A model generated the notes under the pieces. That model saw only the letters and a program-made list of their open reading frames with translations. It had not been told where the DNA came from and ran no database searches. DNA of 64,000 nucleotides from Nitrospirota bacterium. GTDB taxonomy: Bacteria > Nitrospirota > UBA9217. The stretch spans positions 1-64,000 of the forward strand of contig JAOUEV010000001.1 in the NCBI GenBank assembly GCA_029858565.1, given 5' to 3'. A program made the translations under genes and the position numbers. Below, one piece after another: positions 12,113 through 22,930 of this stretch (positions within the stretch are counted from its first letter, which is position 1; the number at the start of each line of letters is the position of its first letter).

Positions 12113-12505
12113 GTGGCACGAATAGCGGGGGTTGATCTACCCAAGGATAAAAGAGTTGAAATTTCCCTGAGATATATTTACGGCATTGGTCCGACAACCG
12201 CCCGTAGAATTCTTACGGAAGCCGGTATTGATTTCGCAACGAAAACAAAAGATTTGACGGAAGATGCTATTGTTAAGATTCGAGCCATCCTTGATCGGGA
12301 TTACGTTGTCGAAGGTGACTTGCGCCGGGACATCACGATGCAGATCAAGCGGCTCATGGATACGGGCAGCTATCGCGGCCTTCGGCATCGCAAGGGACTG
12401 CCGGCACGGGGACAAAGAACAAAGACGAATGCACGGACTCGGAAAGGTCCGAAAAAAGGATCGATCTCGGGCCGGGGTAAGAAAAAGAGCTTAGCGAAGA
12501 AATAA
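12113..12505 (+). CDS. rpsM: 30S ribosomal protein S13
   Basis: [36 protein letters not shown]. Confidence 0.99.
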   Translation: MARIAGVDLPKDKRVEISLRYIYGIGPTTARRILTEAGIDFATKTKDLTEDAIVKIRAILDRDYVVEGDLRRDITMQIKRLMDTGSYRGLRHRKGLPARGQRTKTNARTRKGPKKGSISGRGKKKSLAKK

Positions 12506-12573
12506 CTTAAGAATGGTTACCGGGATTCCACGCAAACTAGTTTCGCCGCGGTCACCATTATCAGGGAGAGCAG

Positions 12574-12948
12574 ATGGCAAAGAAGGGTAAAGAACGGAAA
12601 AACGTAGCCAGTGGTGTGGCTCACATTCATGCATCGTTCAACAATACGATTGTGACCATCACGGATACCGCTGGAAATGTCATCACGTGGTCCAGCTCGG
12701 GGAATAAGGGATTCAAGGGATCTCGAAAGAGCACTCCTTTTGCCTCGCAGCTTGCTGCAGAAGCAGCAGCCAGAAAGGCCATGGAAAATGGCATGAAGCA
12801 GGTCGAGGTCTTTGTAAAGGGACCTGGAACGGGAAGAGAATCAGCCATTCGGGCGATTCAGGCTGCCGGATTGGAAATTGTGGCCATTAAAGATGTCACG
12901 CCGATTCCACATAACGGGTGCAGGCCGCCGAAGCGGCGCAGGGTGTAG
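12574..12948 (+). CDS. rpsK: 30S ribosomal protein S11
   Basis: [27 protein letters not shown]. Confidence 0.99.
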   Translation: MAKKGKERKNVASGVAHIHASFNNTIVTITDTAGNVITWSSSGNKGFKGSRKSTPFASQLAAEAAARKAMENGMKQVEVFVKGPGTGRESAIRAIQAAGLEIVAIKDVTPIPHNGCRPPKRRRV

Positions 12949-12984
12949 TGTAGTAAGGAACAGGATTTATACAGGAGGAAACAC

Positions 12985-13614
12985 TTGGCACGGTATATCG
13001 GATCAGTATGCAAACTCTGCAGAAGGGAAAACACGAAACTGTTCCTTAAAGCGGAGCGGTGTTATACAGACAAGTGCGCGATCACGCGACGCAGCTATCC
13101 CCCGGGTCAGCATGGTCAGGCGAGGATTAAGCAGTCAGAGTACAGCTTGCAGTTGCGTGAAAAGCAGAAAATCCGTCGTCTCTATGGAGTGCTTGAGCGG
13201 CAGTTCCGCGGGTATTTCGAAAAGGCCGAGAAGATGAAAGGCATTACAGGCGATAATCTTCTGCAGCTTCTCGAACGTCGCTTGGACAATGTTGTACAAC
13301 GGATGGGCTTTGCCGGTTCAAAGAAAGAGGCGCGTCAGTTGGTACGTCATGGTCACATGCTGGTGAATGGAAAGCGCGTGAATATCCCCTCCTTTCTGAT
13401 GAAGGCAGGGGATGTCGTTGAATTGCGGGAAAAGAGCAGGAACAATGCATTGGTGCAGCAGACGTTAGCAGCCGTCGAAAAACGGGGATTTCCGTCCTGG
13501 CTCGAGATTGATAAAGCGCAGTTCCGGGGGAAGGTTCTTTCGATACCGGCAAGGGATGAATGCACTCTCCCGACAGTTAAAGAGCAGCTCGTTGTAGAGC
13601 TTTATTCGAAGTAA
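12985..13614 (+). CDS. rpsD: 30S ribosomal protein S4
   Basis: [22 protein letters not shown]; TTG start after AGGAGG. Confidence 0.99.
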   Translation: MARYIGSVCKLCRRENTKLFLKAERCYTDKCAITRRSYPPGQHGQARIKQSEYSLQLREKQKIRRLYGVLERQFRGYFEKAEKMKGITGDNLLQLLERRLDNVVQRMGFAGSKKEARQLVRHGHMLVNGKRVNIPSFLMKAGDVVELREKSRNNALVQQTLAAVEKRGFPSWLEIDKAQFRGKVLSIPARDECTLPTVKEQLVVELYSK

Positions 13615-13640
13615 TTTCGCAGGTGATCTAGAAACCAAGT

Positions 13641-13688
13641 CCGTGGCCTTGTGAGCATGTGTGTTCGCAAGGCCACGGTTTAGTTTTT
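13641..13688 (+). terminator. Long hairpin with U-rich tail between rpsD and rpoA (terminator- or attenuator-like)
   Basis: CCGTGGCCTTGTGAGCA-TGTG-TGTTCGCAAGGCCACGG followed by TTTAGTTTTT. Confidence 0.5.
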
Positions 13689-13708
13689 CGTTCCTGTGTG
13701 GAGGAACC

Positions 13709-14731
13709 ATGCTGAAAAAAGCAAAAGACTTCCAGATGCCCAAGAAACTTCAGTACGACCCGAAGAAGGTCACTGATACGTACGGGAAGTTTACTGCAGA
13801 GCCTCTGGAACGCGGGTTTGGTACGACACTGGGGAACTCGTTGCGCCGAATTCTCTTGTCGTCGCTTGAAGGTTCTGCTATTACCGCAGTGAAGATCTCA
13901 GGTGTACATCATGAATTCTCCAGTATTCCTGGCGTGGTGGAGGATACAACTGATCTCATTCTTAACTTGAAAGAGCTGAGGATCAAACTCCATACAGACA
14001 AACCAAAAACCCTCACGCTCAAAGCCAAGGGGCCGGGGCAGGTTACTGCAAAAGATATCGAAGCTGACGCAGAAGTAGAAATACTCAATCCTGATCTGCA
14101 TTTGGCGACGATTGATAAGAGCGGGAAGCTTGAGCTGGAAGTGCGCGCACGGCGCGGAAGAGGTTATGTTCCGTCCGACAAGAACAAGGAGTCCGGGCAG
14201 CCAATTGGCGTCATTCCGATTGATGCGATTTTTTCCCCTATCCGGAAGGTTAACTTCAAGGTAGAAAATGCGCGTGTAGGTCAGGATACAGATTTTGACA
14301 AGCTTGTACTTGAGGTTTGGACCGATGGGAGCCTTCGTCCTGATGACGCTGTGGCTCATGCAGCGAAACTTCTGAAGGATCACCTTTCTATCTTTATCCA
14401 CCTTCCTGAAGAAGAGGAGGAAATGCCTCTTGCTGATGAAGAGATGAAGAAATCGCCTACCTTCAACGAAAATCTGCTGAGAAGCGTGAATGAGCTTGAA
14501 CTGTCTGTTAGAGCGGCAAATTGCCTGAAAAACGCTGGGATTGAGACAATCGCTGAGATGGTCCAGAAGACCGAGAGCGAAATGCTGAAAACCAAGAACT
14601 TTGGAAGAAAATCCCTGAACGAAATAAAGGAAATCCTGAGCGGGATGGGCTTGAGCCTCGGGATGAAAGTGGATGAAAAAATCGTGATAGAGGCAAGAAG
14701 GCTTCTTGCCGAACGCCCGACAGAGGGCTAA
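13709..14731 (+). CDS. rpoA: RNA polymerase alpha subunit
   Basis: [39 protein letters not shown]; ATG 13709 after GGAGG. Confidence 0.99.
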   Translation: MLKKAKDFQMPKKLQYDPKKVTDTYGKFTAEPLERGFGTTLGNSLRRILLSSLEGSAITAVKISGVHHEFSSIPGVVEDTTDLILNLKELRIKLHTDKPKTLTLKAKGPGQVTAKDIEADAEVEILNPDLHLATIDKSGKLELEVRARRGRGYVPSDKNKESGQPIGVIPIDAIFSPIRKVNFKVENARVGQDTDFDKLVLEVWTDGSLRPDDAVAHAAKLLKDHLSIFIHLPEEEEEMPLADEEMKKSPTFNENLLRSVNELELSVRAANCLKNAGIETIAEMVQKTESEMLKTKNFGRKSLNEIKEILSGMGLSLGMKVDEKIVIEARRLLAERPTEG

Positions 14732-14751
14732 TTTTTAATGAGGATGTAACC

Positions 14752-15147
14752 ATGAGACATGCATGCGCGGGAAGACAATTTGGACGGAATAGCGGCCATC
14801 GGAAAGCTTTGTTGAGAACCCTGGTTCGGGCCCTGCTGAAAAATGAAAAGATCGAAACAACAGTAGCCAAGGCAAAGGAAATCCGTCCATTGGCTGAGAA
14901 AATGATCACCTTGGCCAAACGGGGTGATTTGCACGCACGTCGCCAGGCGATGAGCTTTATTCAGGATGAGGCTGTTGTCAGCGGTCTGTTCGCTGATATT
15001 GCACCGCGCTTTGGTGATCGTAAGGGTGGCTATACGCGAATTGTGCCAACGCGGCAGCGTATGGGAGATGCTGCGGAAATGGCAGTCATTGAGTTGGTTG
15101 AGCGCTCTAAACAGGCCAGTTCTGCAGCAGTAAGTGGAAAAGCTTAG
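14752..15147 (+). CDS. rplQ: 50S ribosomal protein L17
   Basis: MRH...[22 protein letters not shown]. Confidence 0.98.
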   Translation: MRHACAGRQFGRNSGHRKALLRTLVRALLKNEKIETTVAKAKEIRPLAEKMITLAKRGDLHARRQAMSFIQDEAVVSGLFADIAPRFGDRKGGYTRIVPTRQRMGDAAEMAVIELVERSKQASSAAVSGKA

Positions 15148-15241
15148 TAGATTAGCAAGTTATAGAGCGACGCGAAATTTTCTGTTAGCGGCTATCTTAC
15201 GAAGAATTGTCAGTAGCTAAGTAGGACACTATACTGCTTAC

Positions 15242-15273
15242 AAAGGCAAGGGAATTTCCCTTGCCTTTTTTTA
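15242..15273 (+). terminator. Rho-independent terminator ending the ribosomal superoperon
   Basis: AAAGGCAAGGGAA-T-TTCCCTTGCCTTT followed by a T tract. Confidence 0.9.
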
Positions 15274-15836
15274 TTGCGTTTACAGCGGCAGGTGAATATG
15301 TTAATATCATACTGAAATTTCAAGGTAATCCATGAATAAACCCAGCAGATATATGCTCACCGACCTGATATATTCTGATCGTAAAACGGCAGTGTTACGC
15401 CGGTGCCGGATTGATCGCAGTTTTCTTTTCCCCTTGATGACTTATATTCTAACGTCTTTCCTTCTCGTAATTCCTGACCTTGAAGTGCACCTAGTGTCCG
15501 CTCGACATCGTGATTTTCTGAATTGTATTGCTTTCCGTGGTAACTTCTTCTTGTTTCCTGATTTCGGCGATGACATAGGACCTTTTTAGATGTGTTGTAT
15601 AGCATGATATCCATACTACTCTTTATCATAAGTGTCCGTTATGCAATTATCACTGAACATAACAGATGGTTGCGGAGTTTTTATCGATGGTGATCGCACT
15701 ATCGGATTATGTGTTAGCAGCGCTCACAATACCTTATTGGATATGAAGGAACTCTATGCAGGGGGTACAGATTTGATTAAACGTCCTCAAGTCGCGAAGA
15801 GTCCATTCGGAGCGCATGAGAAAGGGGCGACCATTG

Positions 15837-16769
15837 ATGCCAAATAACCGTATTGGTCTGCTCGTAACTGTGCTTATGGTAATTTTATTCCTGTTCCCTC
15901 TCAATGGATGCAAACATCGAGATCGGGAAGTCCGAGAAAAAAAAATATTTGGACAGCAGGAACTCCTTATTGGACTCATTCCGGAGCAGAATATTTTCCG
16001 ACAGCGTGAACGGTATCTTGTCTTACGGAAATATCTTTCCGAGAGGCTGGGAATCAATGTGACTTTCACCAGCCTCAGCAGATATGGGAACATTATTGAA
16101 CGATTTACAGCGGAAAAAATGGATGGAGCGTTTTTCGGAAGCTTTACCTACGCGTTAGCGCACCGACAACTTGACGTGGAGCCGATTGTCCGCCCGGTCA
16201 ACCTTGATGGCACCTCTACTTACCACGGATACATTTTTACCAGAAAAGATAGCGGAATTAAAACGGTAGGAGATATGAAAGGGAAGCGTTTCGCTTTTGT
16301 GGAACATGCGACAACCGCAGGCTATCTCTTTCCTTTGGCATATTTTCGGGATAGTGGTATCAAGGATATCAAACAATATCTGGGGCAGAGCTTTTTCTCC
16401 GGTAGCCATGACGCGGCAATTCTTGCCGTGTTAAACAAAGAGGCTGACATTGGCGCTGCGAAAAACACGATTTACGACCAGCTCGCTTCGGAGAATAGAC
16501 GGGTGGAGCAGGAACTGATCGTTTTAGCAGCATCGGGAGTCGTTCCCCAGAATAGCCTGGCCGTTCGAAAGGACCTTGATCCGGAGCTCAAGAAGGAACT
16601 TAAACGCATACTTCTTGAAATGGATGAAAACTCCGAGGGAATGGATGTCCTTCAACGATTTGGAGCGCGTAATTTTATGGAAACTACGGACAAAGACTAT
16701 GCTTACGTTTATACATTGGCTAGTCACGTAGGCATCGATCTTAAAACGTACCGATACACGAACCAGTAA
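15837..16769 (+). CDS. PhnD/PtxB-family (phosphate/phosphite/phosphonate-type) substrate-binding lipoprotein
   Basis: Lipobox LNGC; IGLIPEQN, KGKRFAFVEHATTAGYLFP, FSGSHDAAILAV; no ABC permease or ATPase nearby. Confidence 0.85.
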   Translation: MPNNRIGLLVTVLMVILFLFPLNGCKHRDREVREKKIFGQQELLIGLIPEQNIFRQRERYLVLRKYLSERLGINVTFTSLSRYGNIIERFTAEKMDGAFFGSFTYALAHRQLDVEPIVRPVNLDGTSTYHGYIFTRKDSGIKTVGDMKGKRFAFVEHATTAGYLFPLAYFRDSGIKDIKQYLGQSFFSGSHDAAILAVLNKEADIGAAKNTIYDQLASENRRVEQELIVLAASGVVPQNSLAVRKDLDPELKKELKRILLEMDENSEGMDVLQRFGARNFMETTDKDYAYVYTLASHVGIDLKTYRYTNQ

Positions 16770-16781
16770 TACCTATATATC

Positions 16782-18227
16782 ATGAAGAAACGAATCCTCA
16801 TAAGCTTTGGCTTGCTGTTGTCGATTTTCCTGGTGGGGAGCTGTGTCGCCTGGATCTATATCAGCAGAACCACTGAGCGGATGGACAAACTGATCCTCTT
16901 GCATCAGGTCGAAATATTGCGAGAAGACTTGATCATCCACATCCAGCAGGTACAATCGCAGATCGCGCGGAGCCGAGTCCGCAGCGGTGGGGATGTTGAT
17001 GTGCTGATTGCGCATGTACAGGAAATGGACAAGGTCATGGATTCCTGCGTCGGTTGCCATCATACGCCTGAGTTGATGCAGGGGCTTTATTCTATGCGTG
17101 ATATGGCAAATGACTATAAAAGCGCAATAAGTATGTTGGTAACTGCTTCATCCAATCCTTCTCATATTGTTCAACTGGAACAGAGGGCTCAGTACCTCGG
17201 CCAGGAACTTATTTCCATGACTCAGGGGATGGCTTTTACCGCGAACATCCATTTGCAGCAAAAAACACAGGATACCATGGCTACTATTCGTGAAGTGCGG
17301 AACGTGCTAATAGTAACACTGCTCGTCGCATTGCTGCTTGCTGTCGTGACAGTAATGCTCCTGGTCAAACAACTTCACCGCCGGCTGCAAAATCTTCTTG
17401 ATGCCACGCGACGAATCGCTCGTGGAGATCTACAGCACAGGGTTGATATCGAAGGCGCAACAGGCGACGAATTTGGCGAGCTCGCGACCTCGTTCAATTC
17501 CATGACGCATGATTTGCAAAGGTCGCAAAGGCAGTTGCTGCAAAGTGCCAAGCTTGCCGCTGTCGGTGAGCTTGCGACAAACATTGCTTATGAAGTGAAT
17601 AATCCGCTGACCGGAGTTCTCGGATATGCGGGGCTTCTTCTAAAGGCAGACGATGTCCCCGCGGATAAGAAAGAGCATTTGCGCACGATCGAGCGGGAAA
17701 CACTCCGGGCACGTGAAATACTCAGAAATCTGCTGGATTTCTCTCGGAGAAAACCGCCTCAACTATCCAGTATTCGGATTTCCAGCGTCATTGAGGATAC
17801 CTTGGCGCTGGTTCGCGGGCAGGCAAAACTGGCTAATGTCGAGATCAAGACCGAGTGCTCAGAACAGTTGCCGGAGGTGGCTGTCGATATTGATGAAATG
17901 CGTCAGGTATTTCTTAATTTGATCAATAACGCATTCCACTCTATGCCTTCCGGGGGAATTCTTACCATCGCATGCTCAAATGAAATCAATCATTATGAGC
18001 GGCATATGATATCGATTAGCCTCACAGATACTGGTCTGGGGATAGCAGAAGAGCATTTGGATAAGATCTTTGATCCAATTTTTACTTCTCGGCCTGATGG
18101 TGAATGGACAGGATTGGGGCTGTCGATCAGTTTCATGATCGTGCAGAATCACGGCGGGAAGATAGAAGTAGAAAGTTCCGTCGGCGAGGGCTCAACGTTC
18201 CGAGTACTGCTGCCTACACGAGGATAG
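16782..18227 (+). CDS. Membrane sensor histidine-kinase-like protein: 2 TM, periplasmic CxxCH, HAMP, HisKA with His->Tyr, HATPase_c
   Basis: SCVGCHH; HAMP IARGDL..DEFGELATSFNSM; H-box IAYEVNNPL; N-box NLINNA; DTGLGI; TGLGLS. Confidence 0.9.
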   Translation: MKKRILISFGLLLSIFLVGSCVAWIYISRTTERMDKLILLHQVEILREDLIIHIQQVQSQIARSRVRSGGDVDVLIAHVQEMDKVMDSCVGCHHTPELMQGLYSMRDMANDYKSAISMLVTASSNPSHIVQLEQRAQYLGQELISMTQGMAFTANIHLQQKTQDTMATIREVRNVLIVTLLVALLLAVVTVMLLVKQLHRRLQNLLDATRRIARGDLQHRVDIEGATGDEFGELATSFNSMTHDLQRSQRQLLQSAKLAAVGELATNIAYEVNNPLTGVLGYAGLLLKADDVPADKKEHLRTIERETLRAREILRNLLDFSRRKPPQLSSIRISSVIEDTLALVRGQAKLANVEIKTECSEQLPEVAVDIDEMRQVFLNLINNAFHSMPSGGILTIACSNEINHYERHMISISLTDTGLGIAEEHLDKIFDPIFTSRPDGEWTGLGLSISFMIVQNHGGKIEVESSVGEGSTFRVLLPTRG

Positions 18228-18263
18228 AGAACATTACACGTTTTAACAAGGAGATGTGGACGA

Positions 18264-19772
18264 ATGGCTGGAGAGCGGATACTAATTGTCGACGATGAGG
18301 AGATGATCCGTGATCTATGTGCTCATATCCTGATATCCGAAGGGTATAACGTTGTCGTCGCATCGTCGGGCGACGCGGCACTGGAGGAACTTGCTCGAAC
18401 GCCAGTTGACCTGGTGATCTCGGATATCAAAATGCCCGGCATGGACGGACTTGAACTGTTCGAGCGGGTCAAGAAACAAAAAACGGACATGGTGACCATC
18501 TTTATCACAGGTCACGGTACACTTGATACAGCGATCGAATCCATCATGCGCGGCGTTGAAGGGTTCGTGTTGAAGCCCTTTACCCAGGAGGAATTGGTCA
18601 CTGCCGTAGACCGCGCCGTTACCCGTTCACGCCTTCAAAAGGAAAATATCCGACTCAAGGCGCTGATCCCGCTATTTGAGATCAGCAAATTGCAGGTAAC
18701 AGAAATAGATCTGGCGCATCTATTCAGGATCATTACCGAGGTGCTTGTTCAGGAGTTTTCCGCTGATCGGGTCTCCCTGATGCTTGTGGACCATTCGGCG
18801 GGAAAGCTCATCATTCGCGCGTCTCACGGATTGCCGACCGACTTGGCACTTCAAGCGACTCGTAATTTCGGGGAAGGGATATCCGGACTGGTGCTCGATC
18901 GCAGAAGTCCGATTATAATCACAAAAGGAAAACATGATGATCCCGAGGTAAGGGCGGCCCTGAACACTGACGATATGCCATTATCGTCGATATCCGTCCC
19001 CCTAATCGGCAAGGATAAACCATTGGGTGTGTTGAACGTAAGCAAATTTACCGATCCTGAATTTACCACAAGCGATCTTCAGATCATCTCGATTCTTGCG
19101 AGCCAGGTTGTGGCTGCGATGGAGAATGCATCCCTTTATGAGGGGCTGCGGGATAGTTATTTCCGAACGGTACAAGCGCTGGTAGCGGCAGTAGAAGCCA
19201 AAGACCCCTATACTCGCTGGCACTCGACCAACGTAGCGAAGTACGCTGTTGCGATCGGACGCGAGATGGGTCTTACGCCTTCACAGCTTGAGGAGATTCA
19301 TATCGCATCGATACTTCATGACGTTGGCAAGATAGGGATCAGCGAACGCATCATCGGGAAGCCTGACCGATTGAGCCGTGAAGAGTTTGATATCATGAAA
19401 GATCATCCGGCGCATGGGATGAGGATACTTGAACCGATCGGTTTCGCTGTATCGATCATCAATGCTATTTATCAACATCATGAACGATATGATGGGAAGG
19501 GATATCCTCAGGGGCTCGCAGGCGATGGGATATCGTTATCCGCCCGTATCCTGAATGTCGCTGATACGATCGATGCTATGGTGTCTGAGCGCCCCTATCG
19601 CGGTTCCATAGCGATCGGAGCAGTGCTAGCCGAACTGGAGAAAGAATCAGGATTTCAGTTTGATCCTCTGATTGCTCAAAGTGCACGTAATCTTATTGAA
19701 AAGGGACTTCTCCGGTTAGGCATGCAAACATACGCCCAGCATGCCGCCGGACGTTCAGGACAAAATCCATGA
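18264..19772 (+). CDS. Response regulator REC-GAF-HD-GYP (putative c-di-GMP phosphodiesterase)
   Basis: ILIVDDE...SDIKMPGMDG...KPF; GAF-like SVPLIG..GVLNV; EAKDPYT, LHDVGKIG, HHERYDGKGYP. Confidence 0.9.
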   Translation: MAGERILIVDDEEMIRDLCAHILISEGYNVVVASSGDAALEELARTPVDLVISDIKMPGMDGLELFERVKKQKTDMVTIFITGHGTLDTAIESIMRGVEGFVLKPFTQEELVTAVDRAVTRSRLQKENIRLKALIPLFEISKLQVTEIDLAHLFRIITEVLVQEFSADRVSLMLVDHSAGKLIIRASHGLPTDLALQATRNFGEGISGLVLDRRSPIIITKGKHDDPEVRAALNTDDMPLSSISVPLIGKDKPLGVLNVSKFTDPEFTTSDLQIISILASQVVAAMENASLYEGLRDSYFRTVQALVAAVEAKDPYTRWHSTNVAKYAVAIGREMGLTPSQLEEIHIASILHDVGKIGISERIIGKPDRLSREEFDIMKDHPAHGMRILEPIGFAVSIINAIYQHHERYDGKGYPQGLAGDGISLSARILNVADTIDAMVSERPYRGSIAIGAVLAELEKESGFQFDPLIAQSARNLIEKGLLRLGMQTYAQHAAGRSGQNP

Positions 19773-21481
19773 AACGTGTACGGCTGCGCTCCAAATTGGT
19801 CAAACGTCTATCAGCGTCATCAGGCAAGCCGACCGCGGTCCGTCATCTGTTTGACGATCGCGTGGCCGAAGAGAGCGCGCCCGGAAAAGTTGGGGCACTT
19901 GATCCTGTTCGTATCGGTACGGAAGATGAAGTCCTGTATCATCTTGGAAGCCTCTTGGATAGCGTGAAGACCGCGATCATCTCGCTGGATGGAGAAGGAC
20001 GGGTGCGAGTTTTCAATGCTGTGGCGGAGATGCTGTTTAATGTGCCGCGTCAGGCAGTTCTCGGGAAGCCGTTCGGCATTCTTGGGCGCATGGACTATTT
20101 CACCGAAAGCTCTATCCGGGCCCTTTGGGAGCGGCTTGCAGACGCAGTATGGGCAGCAGGTGCCGCACTTGACCTTGAATACGATCTTATTCGGCCAAAA
20201 GGTCAAAAAAGGGTAATTTTGTACAGCGTGTATCCGCTTGGGCGGCTCCCCTGGTCGGTGGGGAACGGTGTTGTGCTCATGCTTGAGGACATAACCCGGA
20301 AGAAGGAGATGGAAGAGCAGATAAGCGATGGTCGTAAGCGACTTCAGACAGTATTCGATGGCATAACCGATGGTATCCAGGTTGTTGACCGGGAATTCAG
20401 GATAACAGCAGTCAACAGGTCCATGACCGCCTTGGTTGGTGGCAATGTAGCAATCGGAAACCGATGCTATCGTTCCTGCGCGTCCAGCACTGAGGTTTGC
20501 GATGAGTGTCCGGCAGTCGAAACATTCCGGTCTGGTCAGCCTGCTTCGGTTGTCAAACGAATTCCCCGAAAGAACAAGTCGTTCTCGAATATTGGCGAAG
20601 ATCGAATTTACGAAATAAGTACATTTCCACTTCTCGACAGAGGAAATCGCGTTCTTCAGGTGGTGGAATATATCAAGGATGTGACCGAGCGGATTCTTTT
20701 GGCAGAGCGGCTGGAGCATTCTCGACGCCTGGCAGCCTTGGGAGAAATGGCCGCCCGGGTAGCGCATGAAGTGCGAAATCCTTTGAACGCGATCACTGGC
20801 GCGGCACATTATTTAGCCAGCGAGTATTCGCAGGACGGTACGATTCAGCAGTTCACAAGCTTGATTAAGCGTCAATCGGACCGTGTCGAGCAAGTCGCTT
20901 CTGATATCCTTCATGCAGCGAGACCGCTCCGGCTTAATCGAACAGCCGTAGATCTCACCGCTGTATTCGAATATGTGTTTACGACGCTTGACCATGCGAT
21001 CAGAGCGCAAGGGATCATCGTGCGGCATTCGTCTATCAAGGAACCGGTCATCATTCAGGCCGATGAGGTTCAGATAGAACAGGCAGCGATAAATATCGTG
21101 AAAAATGCGATAGAGGCAATGCCAGAAGGGGGTGTCCTGGCAGTTGAGACAACGATCTCAGCTGATGGCCGTTGGGGCATTGCTACGGTGGAGGACGACG
21201 GATGCGGAATCCGTCCTGAGGAACGGGAGAAGGTGTTTCAGGCCTTTTATACGACGAAGGCCCAGGGGACCGGGCTTGGTCTTTCGATTGTTGAAGGTGT
21301 TTTGAAGAATCATGGCGGGACCATTGCAATCGAGCAGCCATCGCATGCGGGGACCCGTATCACCATGCGACTTCCTGCAACGACAAACGAAATATCCCCG
21401 ATAGCGGGATCTGAGCATGTTCGTGACGGAATCGTTAGGGTATCCTTCGCGGAGCGCATCCGCTCCCGACGGCCGGCATAA
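19769..21481 (+). CDS. Cytoplasmic PAS-PAS sensor histidine kinase
   Basis: Two PAS-like domains; intact H-box VAHEVRNPL; [26 protein letters not shown]; no TM stretch seen. Confidence 0.9.
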   Translation: MKRVRLRSKLVKRLSASSGKPTAVRHLFDDRVAEESAPGKVGALDPVRIGTEDEVLYHLGSLLDSVKTAIISLDGEGRVRVFNAVAEMLFNVPRQAVLGKPFGILGRMDYFTESSIRALWERLADAVWAAGAALDLEYDLIRPKGQKRVILYSVYPLGRLPWSVGNGVVLMLEDITRKKEMEEQISDGRKRLQTVFDGITDGIQVVDREFRITAVNRSMTALVGGNVAIGNRCYRSCASSTEVCDECPAVETFRSGQPASVVKRIPRKNKSFSNIGEDRIYEISTFPLLDRGNRVLQVVEYIKDVTERILLAERLEHSRRLAALGEMAARVAHEVRNPLNAITGAAHYLASEYSQDGTIQQFTSLIKRQSDRVEQVASDILHAARPLRLNRTAVDLTAVFEYVFTTLDHAIRAQGIIVRHSSIKEPVIIQADEVQIEQAAINIVKNAIEAMPEGGVLAVETTISADGRWGIATVEDDGCGIRPEEREKVFQAFYTTKAQGTGLGLSIVEGVLKNHGGTIAIEQPSHAGTRITMRLPATTNEISPIAGSEHVRDGIVRVSFAERIRSRRPA

Positions 21482-21485
21482 CAAT

Positions 21486-22898
21486 ATGAAGCCATCCATT
21501 CTGATAGTAGACGATGAGCCCGATATCGTACTTGTGATGAGCGCGAACCTTCGCAAAGAAGGATATGATGTTGATACAGCGGGAGATGGTCTGGAGGCAC
21601 TCAAGAAGACCGAGGGGCGTGATTTTGACGTCATTATCGTCGACCACCAGATGCCTCATTTGACAGGGATGCAGTTCCTGCAGCGATTAAGGAACAGCGA
21701 TAATGCAGGGAACGGCCGCTCCGAAGTTCCGATCATTCTGATCACCGCCTATGGAACGATCGAGATGGCTGTTCAGGCCATGAAGGACGGCGCTTACAGC
21801 TACCTTACCAAACCTATCCGGTATGAAGAACTGAATCTCCAGGTCAAAAATGCAGTCGAACGCCATCGTCTGTCCCGTGAAGTGCAAAGCTTACGCAACG
21901 AGATGGAAGCGCGATATCGTTTTGGGAATATTATCGGTAGAAATCCCCGCATGCATGAGATCTTCCGCATTATCCCGACCGTGGCGGAAACCGACGCGAC
22001 CGTGCTTATTCATGGAGAGAGCGGGACCGGTAAAGAACTGATCGCTCACGCTATCCACTATAACAGCAGGAGAAAAGATAAGCCCTTTGTGGTAGTCAGC
22101 TGCTCGGCCCTGCCTGAAGCGCTATTGGAGAGCGAATTGTTCGGCCATGAAAAGGGGGCGTTCACCGGAGCGATCCGCCAGCGGATCGGAAGGTTCGAAA
22201 TGGCCGAAGGTGGAACTGTCTTTCTTGATGAAATAGGCGAGATGTCCATGTCGGTCCAGCAAAAACTTCTCCGAGTGCTCCAGGAGCGTGAAATTGAGCG
22301 TGTGGGAGGAAATCAAACGACGAAGGTCGATGTCCGGGTCATCGCAGCAACCCATCGGGATCTTCAGCAAGCCATGGAGGAGCGTATGTTCCGCCAGGAC
22401 CTATTTTACCGGTTGAACGTTGTACCGATCAAGCTTCCCCCATTGCGTGATCGACTGGATGACGTGCCGATGCTCGCTGCACATTTTGTGGATAAATATT
22501 GTGAAAAGAACAATAAGAAACGCAAGACCATCAGTAATGAGGCTCTCACGGCGCTCTGTTCCTACGGTTATCCCGGCAATGTCCGCGAATTAGAGAATAT
22601 CATCGAGCGCGCGGTGATCATGGAAAAAGGTGACGCAATCCTGCGCGGGGATCTGGGATTCCCACCCACGTCTCACAAAGATACCTCTGTGCCGATGGTG
22701 CGAGATCTGAATTCATTCAAAAAAATGAAGGCCGACGTGATCGCTCAGTTCGAGCGGGAATATCTCGGCCAAGTGCTCAAGATCTACAAGGGAAATATGA
22801 GCAGGTCCGCCCAGCATGCGGGGATGAACATAAAGAACTTTCATGAAAAGATGGCCCGTTACGGGATGAAACGAGAGGATTTTAAGGAAGAAGCATGA
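21486..22898 (+). CDS. Sigma54-dependent response regulator (NtrC/AtoC family: REC-AAA+-HTH)
   Basis: [37 protein letters not shown]; start ATG 21486. Confidence 0.95.
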   Translation: MKPSILIVDDEPDIVLVMSANLRKEGYDVDTAGDGLEALKKTEGRDFDVIIVDHQMPHLTGMQFLQRLRNSDNAGNGRSEVPIILITAYGTIEMAVQAMKDGAYSYLTKPIRYEELNLQVKNAVERHRLSREVQSLRNEMEARYRFGNIIGRNPRMHEIFRIIPTVAETDATVLIHGESGTGKELIAHAIHYNSRRKDKPFVVVSCSALPEALLESELFGHEKGAFTGAIRQRIGRFEMAEGGTVFLDEIGEMSMSVQQKLLRVLQEREIERVGGNQTTKVDVRVIAATHRDLQQAMEERMFRQDLFYRLNVVPIKLPPLRDRLDDVPMLAAHFVDKYCEKNNKKRKTISNEALTALCSYGYPGNVRELENIIERAVIMEKGDAILRGDLGFPPTSHKDTSVPMVRDLNSFKKMKADVIAQFEREYLGQVLKIYKGNMSRSAQHAGMNIKNFHEKMARYGMKREDFKEEA

Positions 22899-22930
22899 CC
22901 GGCATGCATGCTGCCGGGAAGGGAATGGTT

